Made by a program: the position numbers and the translations under genes. From Basidiobolus meristosporus CBS 931.73 (taxonomy: Eukaryota > Fungi > Basidiobolomycota), in contig MCFE01000281.1 in the NCBI GenBank assembly GCA_002104905.1, positions 39,684 to 103,683 on the forward strand: DNA of 64,000 bases, read 5' to 3'. How positions within the stretch are numbered: position 1 is the first letter of the stretch; each line of letters opens with the position of its first letter. This document shows, one piece after another, positions 12,445 to 23,003 of the stretch. Below the pieces are notes generated by a model, which made no database searches, was not told the origin of the DNA, and was given only the letters and a program-made list of their open reading frames with translations.

Positions 12445-12666
12445 GTGGTATCTGTTCACGCACATGATGCAAACATTATAAGTGTGCAATCATTTGTGCC
12501 AACCTCATCATGTCAGACTGTGCCATAGTTTTCAAGACTGTCCCACATGGTGCAATTTCATCCAAGAGCAATCCTGTCTACTTGTAGCTATAATAGTGCG
12601 CCCAATTGTTCTTAGAGACCACAGATTGCACCACACGCCCTGGCACGGTACAATGGAATAAGTCTA
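12445..12666. mobile_element. CpG-decayed copy of the Harbinger-like element right end and TIR
   Basis: Aligns with about 4366-4590 and ends GGAATAAGTCTA followed by AT. Its upstream piece is at about 11335-11373. Confidence 0.85.
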
Positions 12667-12779
12667 ATATATATGAAAATTCTGAAGGATCAAAGCTTTT
12701 TCTAAGCAAAGTAAAGAAATGGGTGCAATTTTGGTTTTGAGATATGTAATAATGTAATACTTTGCATTAGCACAACTCT

Positions 12780-14290
12780 TGTTATGAACTACAATTTCTC
12801 TTTGAAAAACTCTGCTCTGATGCATCTGTTTTGGCCTTCTTGTCCCTTGCTGGCACTCTTCTTGCAACCTGATATTTCTTTCCTGCTTGTTTCAAGCTCT
12901 CAACTGTAGTTGTGACAGGCTCCTGTAAAAGCTGCTGGCTTTTATTATTGCCAGGTCCTTCACTTATACTTTGATGGAGAGCTTCTTGAGTGGTACTATG
13001 CTTTTTCCTTGATAAATGTTGTGCTGGTGCATCTGTGTCCACCAGCTTGTCCCTTATTTGCACTCTGTGGGTTATTACTGACTGTACCTGGTGAGTGGGA
13101 GAGCTTGTAGGTCAAGTCAGTACCACTTGGTTCAGAATAGCTCCAATAGAAGGTAGCAAGGTAATAAAGACTTGTGTTTATTTTGTCCCAAATCTCCTTG
13201 TTCTCTTAGTTGGTTCAATTGGGTAGATATATATCACTTGGGGGCTTAGACAATAGACAATGTGTTATAAAATAGGGGTGTGAACACCTTCCTGTTATGG
13301 TAAGTGTTCTAACTAGATAAGGGCCATAAGATACTTACTTAGCATACCAATGCTGGCCCAAAATCAGTTTGCCTGTTTAATCTAAGATAATGCTGGTGGA
13401 AAAAGTCAAGTGCATTCTGCATGGCCTTAAGTCCCTGATGGTCCCATGGTATGCTAGCCTTAAGGTGATGGCATGCCAAGCTTCTGATGGCTACTTGAAT
13501 ATTAGCCCACTCTTCATTATTGGACTAAATGGCTTCACTGATCTTCATTGTCTTTGGATTTTTAGGCCTTTGTATAAACACCACATTGTCTCTCACCCAT
13601 GCTGATAGGGTTTTCTGTGAGCTTTATCTCTGTGCACTGTTGTTGTGCCTCAAAAACTGTACAGTGTGCCTCTACTGTCACATTGGGAAATAGCTCAATT
13701 CTTGGCTGTGACATTAAGCAACTTGAGTTCCATCTTTGCAGCAAAGATACTGCTTTCTCTACCTGGGATATTGATTGCTATATATGTATTATCCACTAAT
13801 CCTGTTTCTGGACTATTTGCTGATTTCTCTAGGGCATCACCTCTATCCTATCAGTCACTGCGCCTAATTGCTTCATTAATACTTTAGTATGAGCAGACAT
13901 TATACTTGCTAATATGGGTGGTGGTGAAGTTATGATGGCTACTTGCTGGTCTTCAACTGAGGGTACTGCAATTGCTACATTCTCATCTGCCTGAGCATAA
14001 TAGTCAGCTTGTGGCTCTGCAGAGGTTCTCAATTGCCTACTTGACTGTGAGCCTGAGAAGTCTACATTATAACCTTTAGTGGGAACACTGTCAACATGGT
14101 ACTTTTTGGATGTAGCCCTGCTTGTTGCACTGAATGTCACAGCAAGCTGTTGTCCAACTGTTCTTCTGCTGCTGTCAGTGGTGGGGTTTGGCTGGGAACC
14201 AGACAACTTTGCTTTATTTTTGACCGCATATATATGGAAGTGAGTCAAGCCAAAGAGGAGATAGTGTTACATATTCACATGTATGTAGTG
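12780..14290 (-). pseudogene. CACTA-like ORF2, degenerate copy
   Basis: ORFs 13829-14248 and 12782-13063 align with the 471-aa ORF at 57966 (SGSQPNPTT, SGSQSSRQLRTSAEPQAD, QQLLQEPV). Confidence 0.85.
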
Positions 14291-14431
14291 CAACATCTTT
14301 ATTTATAATGCTTACCATGGCAGGTCATCAGGGAATCTTACATTCATATTGGTGGATGTCTCAAATACAAGACTATCTTAGATTGACATGAGTATTGACT
14401 AAAAAGTGATAATATATTATTGCAGTGTTGA

Positions 14432-16858
14432 ATGTCAAACTGTTTGCCCCATGGACAAGAATACCTTAATTCATCACCATATGAAAGAGAAAAAAGCCCA
14501 TGTTGCTATTGTAGCAAGCCTCTGAGCTATGAAGCATGCAGACAGCATAGGAAGTATTACAAGGATTACAGCCAGTGTTTTACCATACAAGTCATATTTC
14601 ACCATTCATCAGTTACTACCGTACCAACATTTTCTTGCTGGTTAGTTAATACTTCTATATTGGCACTGGGCTGTGTTTATCACCTTGCACAAACTGTGTC
14701 AGTTGAGTTTGTGATGCCTTTAGGCTCACCACAGCCTTTTGAATATGGCCCACAGAGTGATAGCTCTGATGAAGGTTCACTGATGGATTGTAAGCCTATA
14801 TCCCCTAACAACAGTACCACACATGAGCCCAGTCAGATCCCAATATGTAATAAGACAACACCCTTTGAAACAAATGCCAATGATAGTTTATGGAGCCAAG
14901 TGAGCCCAGTAATCCACATACTGGTGAATGATGTAATGTTGTGGCTAGAGAAGTGGCATATTTCCACTAATATCAGTAATAGGGGCTTTGAGGACTTATT
15001 ACTACTTCTGGCCAAAATCATTCTGTTGTGGTGATTATAAGTCCAATGAAGAGATATGTCCAACACTTCTCAAGTGCTTTATGTGTGGGGTGTTCAATGG
15101 GTGTAATCACCTCTGGCAAAAGCTTGCTAGGAATAGTTGGGTTTTGTCTCTACACTAAAGGGAAAAGTATTGAGCTATAATTCCCAACTTGGTTGTCTTC
15201 ATAACAAAAGTATGTGCTGGGTTCTGTTTCCTTAGAGATGTCAATTTACTAAAGCTTCCAAAGTCAAAACAACTGTAAACTCCACCAGCAGGGACTCAAT
15301 AAGAATGCAGCTGTGGCCAATAGTTACAAAGACAGCAAAGTAACATTGTCTGTACAAGAACAAACTTGGGAAAGAATCAAATGTAATAAAAGATAACTAC
15401 TCTGAGTATTCCTCACAAGTAGTCCCTCCAAGGTCAGTTGGCTGTCAGCATGACTTCCTGGGAGTGTCCTGTGGTCTGGGGCTGGAAGCTCAGGTTGCAG
15501 CAGGTAGCAGTGATTACACTAATCAACAAGTTGGTATATTGATAAAGAGATGATGATTTATTTTTGAGGGATTGCATCCCTTTTATTCTTCTCTCACTGG
15601 CTAAGTTACCAATGATCATGTTCCACAAGGTTCCAGAGATCAATAGAAATCTTAATGACATCAGAATGCACTAAGAGTATTCTCAGTAGGTGCCGGAAGG
15701 TTCTAAGTGGTACAGTGCATCCAACCAATCAGAAATCAGTACTTTGAAACCTGCATAGTATTGGGATACTGTATATGTTATAGAAATGGTAGGGATGGTG
15801 ATATGGGTTGAGCATGTGTCATGGGTACTGATGTTGGTACTTGCCTAATATAGAAGCACTTACTGCTAGTAATCTTACATAAAGTGAGTGATAACTTATG
15901 CAATAAGAAAAGCATTTGTAATAGTCAGCTGGCTCATGGGCTAGTACAGATCAAGTAAGACAAGTGGGATAAAACTAAAATAAGTGTTGTATTGAAATAG
16001 GGAAGTAGAAAACATGGGAATGAGCACATCTGTCAGTGGGGATTACTGTGACCCCACTACACCAAGATGTAACTTACCATGTACATGGTACAAGTAGACA
16101 ACCATCATGCAGCTGGCAACATATGACCCAGAGATTGTCCTGATTCCAGCATGTGTTAACAGTGGTATGGCATTCATATCCAAAAATGTTACCATTGCAA
16201 TGTGTCCAAATTGTCAGGAATTCACTACCATTAAGGGAAAACATTGTTCACACTGCAAACATATCTGCTAATACCCCATCTAAAGAAGCTAATGCAGCTT
16301 GACAAATATTGTAAAGCAATACAGTATTGCATTCATTATTAATCAAGCACAAACATACGCCACATTAGATGGCAAATATTTCAAACAGCTAAGAAGCAAG
16401 GACTACCCTGATGGTATGTATGACTATGCATTTGCCTTAGCACTTGATAGACTCTCTTTAAGCAAGTAGTCTACCAAAAGATCCTGCTGGCCACTGATTC
16501 TCATCAATCTGAATCTGCTACCCATCTTACAGTATTGGAGCTAAAATCTGATGGTAGTCTCACTGGTATCTGGGCCAAAATCACTGTCTACTGTGGATAA
16601 CTACCTGTATCCATTGATAGATGAATTTGGAATGCTTTCCAGTGGTATATTAGTAAATGTCCATCATGTAAACATGCATATTATTATCTGCATTGGAAAT
16701 ACCCCAGCCATCAGCAACATAGCAGGTTTTTCCAAGTACAATGGATGGTATTGCTGTCAAATGTGTGAGATCCAGTGGATTTACTCCATAACTCACACAC
16801 ATTATTATTACACAAACACCTGCACTAAGAACATCATCTTTCCACAGAGATGCAAGTA
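14432..16858 (+). pseudogene. CACTA-like transposase N-terminal half, split by LTR-D
   Basis: ORF 14432-15034 matches 57141-57743. After the LTR come ACVNS..CPNC, ALALD, SGPKS..DNYLYPLIDEF, GNTPAIS and NGWYCCQMCE. Confidence 0.85.
15027..16061. repeat. Solo LTR family D, second copy
   Basis: Aligns end to end with 11374-12444. The flanks rejoin into the transposase sequence seen uninterrupted at about 57150-57190. Confidence 0.8.
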
Positions 16859-16889
16859 ATGGGCAGCTAATTACCAAATATTCATAGGG

Positions 16890-17225
16890 ATTTGGATGTC
16901 TAAAGAGGCTCAGCATGCTGGCAGATAAGTACAAAGGAAAGGCATGTGTAAGAGATATCAGTGGAATAGGTAAAATGAACAAGATACCAGCCAATGCACA
17001 GCGCACTTGTATCAAATGATAACCACAATGAGAAATATGTCTGGTGCATGATCAAGAGTAAATAAAGCAAGAAAATTACCACTCTGAGCAATATAAGTAG
17101 ATTGAATGAAACTAACAGTAACTGCACTCTACTACTTGCAGCATGGTTGGAGTTATGGTGTCAGACTGACCACAGCACTATTGAGGTGCTGGCAATATGT
17201 GGCACTATCCAGGCAACTAGACCAC
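16890..17225 (+). pseudogene. 3' remainder of the second DDE_Tnp_4 copy and its decayed terminal region
   Basis: Resumes at FGCLKRLSMLADKYKGK exactly where 5588-6296 stops. It ends in ATGTGGCACTATCC, which resembles the reverse complement of the 1178 end. Confidence 0.75.
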
Positions 17226-17599
17226 AAAGAAAAAAATTAAGAAAAGGCCAGTAAAATACCATCATAATATCATCTGAATTCCAAGTTTCTGAAAATTGGC
17301 AACTCTCAAAATCTCTGTAGTTAGCTGATGAGCAGGCAAGCAATTGTGCTCTTCAGGAGGAGACTAGGCCAGCAGGCATCCATACCAAGTTTAATAATTA
17401 GCCCTGAAATATTGAATTAAAAACATTAGCTGAGTATAAGCAAAATACCATTAGAATACCAGCTAAATACCAGCTGAAAATCAGTTGAATTCAATTTTGA
17501 GATTTTTCATAGATGACTTGTATCTCAGCTGTACTCCCATTTTCCATGACTTTAGAGGGAGCACTACAGGCTTATGCCATTATTTACCCATGGGCTTCC

Positions 17600-18965
17600 A
17601 TATGCTGTGGTATACAGCCTTCAATATGTTTTTTAGCACCTCATCTGTCAGTCTTTGCAGCCAGTCCTTTTAATAGTCAGGTATGTTTTCTTGAGCACTG
17701 CTGCAGAAGAAGTGCTCTGTCCACTTCGTGTACTTGTTGATGTTCTAAGGCCTACTGTTGGCAGGAGACTTGCTTAATTTGAAAGCTCTACATTAAGCCA
17801 TCAGTACCAAATAGTGCCATAGTGTGCAAGTGAGGTAAGCAGCAGTGTATCAGGCCATTCAGTGTGAAATGTAGCTCACATCAGCAAATGCTTATGGTGC
17901 TCAATACAAGTGGCAATCTGAACATAGCTGCATAGGCTTATAACATCTTAAATAAATGCATTTCACCTCCTTGGTCCACCAGTACAATCTAACACTATAA
18001 ACAGTTTGTAATGGTTTAGTTAGGGCAAATATATACATTTGGCAGATAACCTGCCCTTTACCTGTGCTCATCTGTCCACCTGACAATTCATTGAGCTTTC
18101 AGCCCTACATGCGATGGATTCTTAAGTGAGCCATAAGTACTTGTTCATGGCACCCATGCTCCTCTGCCTTTGCTGATGCTTAGCATTATGAGTTTTCTAT
18201 TCAGCATGCCAATGCCAACCTAGACTCTGTTTCCCTTTTTGAATCCAGAATAATTCTGAGGAAGCTGGTCAATCATATTTTGCATGTGCTCAAGTTCCTG
18301 ACAGTCTCATATTATGTTGGCCTTTAGATGATGCCATATCTGACTTCTTATAGCCTCATGAAGATTAGCCCACTATTCATCATTGCACCCATCCACTTCA
18401 TAAATTTTCAGTGTATTTTTACTTTTACTCAGTTACAGATACCATAGACTATCCCTTCAATCGTATAATGGGTTTCTTGGAGGGCTTGCTTATTGTTAAC
18501 CATTGTTGTGCATCAATGACTGCATAGTGCTCCTGCACTAGTACATGGGAAAAAGGCCCAATTATGATCTGAGACATTGAGTTGCCTGAGTTCCTTCTTT
18601 GCAGCAATAATACTGCAGTCTGTACCCAGGATATGGAATGCTCTAAATTCCCTACTCACTCAACCTGTGTTTGCCCCACTTTTTAACTTTTTTGTGCCAT
18701 TGAACATGTCCTCATAGGCACTGCACCTAGTTGCTTCATTACTAGTAGTGTTGATGTTACAACAGTTGCGTGCTATTCATTCACTAGAGGCACTGCATTT
18801 GCTACATTCTCCCCTGCCTGGGCATGGTGAATAGGTTGTGGCTCTGCAGATATTGTATACTACCTACATGACTAAGAGCCTGAGGAGTGTGCAGTATTCC
18901 CTTCAATGGCCACACTGTGAATATGGTCATTTTTGGATGTAGCTGCACTTATTACACTGAATGTT
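17600..18965 (-). pseudogene. Diverged relative of CACTA-like ORF2
   Basis: Nucleotide similarity of about 18770-18960 to 58060-58240 and of about 17630-17750 to 59660-59780; no open frame. Confidence 0.55.
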
Positions 18966-18969
18966 GAAG

Positions 18970-20765
18970 TGTTACAAGTCCTGCTATAAGAGTTGTAGAG
19001 CAATAGGGAGTTTAGCTAGTATTGTATTCACTAAAACTTGACTGATTTTTATTGAGGTTCCAGCAGGTCTTATACACATTTTGCCAGATCAATTGCTGAC
19101 TAATTTTACCTCCTAATGTAGGTTATGGCTGATGACTCATTTGCTTTCATCTTCATCACCCAAAAAGATTCTACCTATTCTATCTATTCCTGCCTGATAA
19201 GAATCTGCTGATTCATTTGCTGACTAATGCTACTAATTTGATAGATAACACTGATACACATATAGGCTAAACATGCAACTAATTGATTGGACTAAAAGCT
19301 GATCAAACTAAGACATCAAAAGGTAGATCACAACATTCTCCCCTACTAAAGTTGAGAGGGTTCTCCTGAATCTCCTTTCTTGTGATACCAATATCTTGAT
19401 GGTTTGGTTTAGCCAGCAAGTCTTGTAAGCTTGAGTCTGTCTCTATGGGCCAAATCTTCCTGGATATTCCCTAGTTTGTCCACCAGTTAGTAAGCTCCAA
19501 ATGGACATTCTCTGATGATATTTTAAATATCCTGTTCATTGGGGCTCAAACTTCTTCCAAGAGTTGTTTCTCAGCAATACAAAGTTCCCAACTGTCAATG
19601 ATTCCAACAATATAGTCTTATCAAATACCAATATCTTGATGGTTCAGTATTGTCAGCAAGTCTTGCAAGCTTGAGTCTGTCTCTATGAACTAAATCTTCC
19701 TGTATATTCCCTAGTTTGTCCACCAGTTAGTAAGCTCCAAATGGACATTCTCTGATGATATTTTAAATATCCTGTTCATTGGGGCTCAAACTTCTTCCAA
19801 GAGTTGTTTCTCAGCAATACAAAGTTCCCAACTGTCAATGATTCCAACAATATAGTCTTATCAAATACCAATATCTTGATGGTTCAGTATTGTCAGCAAG
19901 TCTTGCAAGCTTGAGTCTGTCTCTATGAACTAAATCTTCCTGTATATTCCCTAGTTTGTCCACCAGTTAGTAAGATCCAAATGGACATTCTCTGATGATC
20001 TTAAAAGGTCCTGTCCATTGTGGCTCAAACTTTTTCTGATTATTGTTTCTCAGATATTCAAAGTTCCCAACTGTCAATGATTCTGGTGATATAGTCCTAT
20101 CAAATCTCTGCTTGATCTTATCTGCACTTTGAGATACTTTGGTCTGTGCCTCTTGATATCTTTGTTCCAGCTGCTGATGACTGCCTGGCTGACTAAGCTA
20201 TTCTTCTAAGGTGTCTCTAAGCTTTGGTTGTGTAAGGTCTCCTGGAATCTTTGGTACACATCCATACACTAAGTAAAATGGCAATTGTTAGGTGGTGTTG
20301 TGTACTCTAACTCTGCATGCAAAGAGTGCTGGGTCTATATACTCATCCCAACTGCTGACAGCCCCATTTGCATACTTTGGTCAGCATTTTGGAAATAACC
20401 AACTAAGTTGCTCAGTGGCTCCATTAGTTCTATGGTGATATGCCAAGGTTTTCAAGTGTCTGATGTGCTGCATTTCCATGTAAGCTTCTGATGTCCTTGC
20501 CATAAAGTTTGCTCCTCTAACAGATAGAATCTCTACAGGGCATCCAAACTTCATAAGGATCTCATGGTAGACAAAACTTGCAACTTCTTCTTCACTGGCT
20601 ACAGGTATTGCTTTGGCCACTGGTCATTTGGTGGCATGGTCAATTGCTACTAGGATCCAACAGTTGCATTTCCTGGTAGTTGGCAGTCTTCCTATAAAGT
20701 CAATCCCCCATCTTTCAAATAGCTGTACAGGCTCTAAGCAAAAGAGTTCAGCAATTCTCTGTGGT
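18970..20765 (-). mobile_element. Ty3/gypsy 3' fragment: LTR-E 18970-19335, PPT and integrase relic
   Basis: Homologous to 23004-24320. ORF 20381-20620 has the KFGCPVEILS..GANF and YHHRTNGATEQ integrase motifs. Confidence 0.85.
19385..20050. repeat. 240-bp tandem repeat (~2.8 units) in the gypsy integrase C-terminus
   Basis: Sequence lines starting 19501/19741, 19561/19801 and 19621/19861 are identical, giving a period of 240. Confidence 0.9.
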
Positions 20766-21813
20766 CCTGGCTTCTGACAATAGTTACAGTAACAAGGTTT
20801 TTTTGATTTTGTTGCTTTTCCATCTTTTCGATGCTCCTTTCTGAGCTGAGTAAAGACTTATCTACAACCTCCTTAGTTTGGCCATTATGCTTGAGATATC
20901 CATGGAGAAATTATCCTTTGATGTAGTCTAAAGTCAGATTGTTGTCTCTGCTTTCAAAAGAAAGTATGGGCTGCTCATACTTGTCTGGTAAGCTGCAAAG
21001 CAGACAGAGTGTCTTTTCTTCATCATCTACACCAGCAATAGTATTGTAGAGTTCTTCTGTAGGTGTCTCCTTATGGTAATGAGTTGTAGTATGTCATTGT
21101 ATGACTTCTTCCACATGTTAAAGAGCTTTTTTTCAGATAAAGCTTGCTTGATACTGATCTTGCTCTAAATAACTACTCTAAGAATTCCCATGCTGCTTTG
21201 GTAGAATTTGAAGCATGAATTTGTCCAATGAAGGATTCTTGCACATTGATACATATGGCCTTAAAGGCTTTCTCTCCTTCTCTTGATGCTTCTTCACTTC
21301 TTCTGCTGCTCCTTTGGGCTGAACCTTGCTTCCTGTTACTACATTCCAAAGCTTTCTTTTCTCAAGGTACATCTGTGTCATGATTCTCCAAAGTCTATAG
21401 CTCTTCCCATCAAACCTCTCCTTTACAGGGAAGATGTTTGTATTGCTCTGCTTGCTGGCATATGTCATCTTTAGAATAGATTAGGGCAATTGAGGCTCAA
21501 AACCTGTTGCAACTTAAGAATTGATCTGGAAATAAGGAACTAATCAAGATATAGTGATAGTTGTTGAACTGTTGTTCATTCATAAGGAAGCCTAGTACTT
21601 ATACCTTTGTAGAAGTACAACAACTGTAACACTAAGCAAGGAGAGCTTCTTAACACTTTGGAGAATTTGGTAACAGTTTCATGGTTAGTGCATAATGTTT
21701 GGTAAAAGTGCTAATTTGATCTTGACTATTGGGGAACAATCATAGGATCATAGATCTGAAGAAAGCAACAAATTTAGCTGCCAAATAATGCCAAATAGTC
21801 CAATATCTCAACA
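20765..21813 (-). mobile_element. Older copia A2-related fragment: gag relic, PBS and 5' LTR (21505-21813)
   Basis: ORF 21178-21468 MTYASKQSNTNIFPVKERFDG matches the gag start at 31942. The PBS-like reverse complement GAGGCTCAAAACC lies next to an LTR similar to 31979-32346. Confidence 0.85.
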
Positions 21814-22470
21814 AGCACTTAACAGGTTCCTTGTTGAGATATACTGAGAAAACATTCACCATGATATCAGGCACCCAAAGAGTGAAAATTCTTGGAGTTG
21901 TCCAAAAAGCACAACACTTTGCACACATGCTTTTGGGGCTGTGTTAACCATAGTCTTCATGATACCATGCCAGGACCATGATAATGTAAGAAAGTACTTC
22001 ACTTTCAACAACCCACCAAGTGAAAACCACATAGACTACTTGTTTCCTCATCCACTTATAGTCACTTTCATTATCTCTGAAACTCTTACAAAAAATAATA
22101 CGCCTTAATCTGTCAATCCTTAACATATCTTCTACTGCCAATACAGGAATTGTCCATCTAATGAAAAGTTGACTGGCTGCATGTACCTAGGCTAGAAGGT
22201 CAATATAGATATTTTGCTGCAGGAAAGGGACCTGTGGGGCATTACACAGAAGAGAAAGGCCTGCCTAAAATGTATAACAAGGCTTCAGGCTCAAAAAAAA
22301 AGTCCCTTCAACTGCCTTTGCCTTATTGTTCAAGAGAAATCATTGATTTGATGCACCAGAGCAAAAGAGGAAAAGAATGCCAGAAGGCATTGGAAGACAT
22401 ATGCTGGTTTAGTTCAGCTGATAAGAATGTATATCTTAGTCTGAGATCCTTTTCTATAAGGATGCTAGAA
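21814..22470 (+). mobile_element. Highly decayed copia A1 LTR plus gag start
   Basis: Patchy similarity to the A1 LTR (GTTGTCCAAA..ACTTTGCACACATG, GTGAAAACCACATA) and to gag (GCATTGGAAGACA..CAGCTG). Confidence 0.5.
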
Positions 22471-22499
22471 GAGCTATTTGGTTTTTTAATGCAGTGGTA

Positions 22500-23003
22500 C
22501 CCTATGAAAGATATGTTGGTCCTGCTAATAGGTCAAATCTGGATCAGCTATTAGCATCCAGCAATTGGTTGTACTTTGACTGCCTTCATGCAAACATATG
22601 TTGGAATTATAACAGCGGCACATTGGCCTAGAGCTAGCACTGTATAATGCTAATGTGCCAATTTACTAAATGGTAATTTCTTTTTCTCCCCCCAATTGCA
22701 TCATTCCTGTATTTCTCTCAAGAATCATCCCACTTTATTTATACCAGTTTACCAATGATATTTCCATATGTTACCACCCATTTCAGTGGTCATTTACTCC
22801 ATTATAAAAATCACCCCATTTGAACCTCTATCCACTACAAATGTGGGTATTCCACATACATTTGATTCAAATTAGCTATGGCCTCCTACTCACCAACCTC
22901 TACACGCATGTACACCTACTACAACTGACACACTCCTATCACCTCAACTCCATGGCTTTTCAGTATAATACTTGCAAAGTTGCCATATTCTGTATATTGA
23001 TGG
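22500..23003. mobile_element. CACTA-like terminal fragment
   Basis: Begins CCCTATGAAAGATATGTTGGTCC; similar to 54500-55150; cut by the gypsy LTR. Confidence 0.65.

Larger units (their letters stand above)
6297..16889. mobile_element. CACTA-like (CCCTA) element copy, inverted relative to 54500-60280 and carrying nested insertions
   Basis: Terminus TCCTATGAAAAG at 6297 and TTCATAGGG ending at 16889. Contains the ORF2 C-terminus (6767-7105), the ORF2 N-terminus (about 12780-14290) and transposase pieces (14432-15026, 16062-16858) in collinear order. Confidence 0.75.

Noticed and set aside
19385-20050. CRISPR-like array
   Set aside because: 240-bp head-to-tail units of integrase sequence with no spacers and no cas genes.
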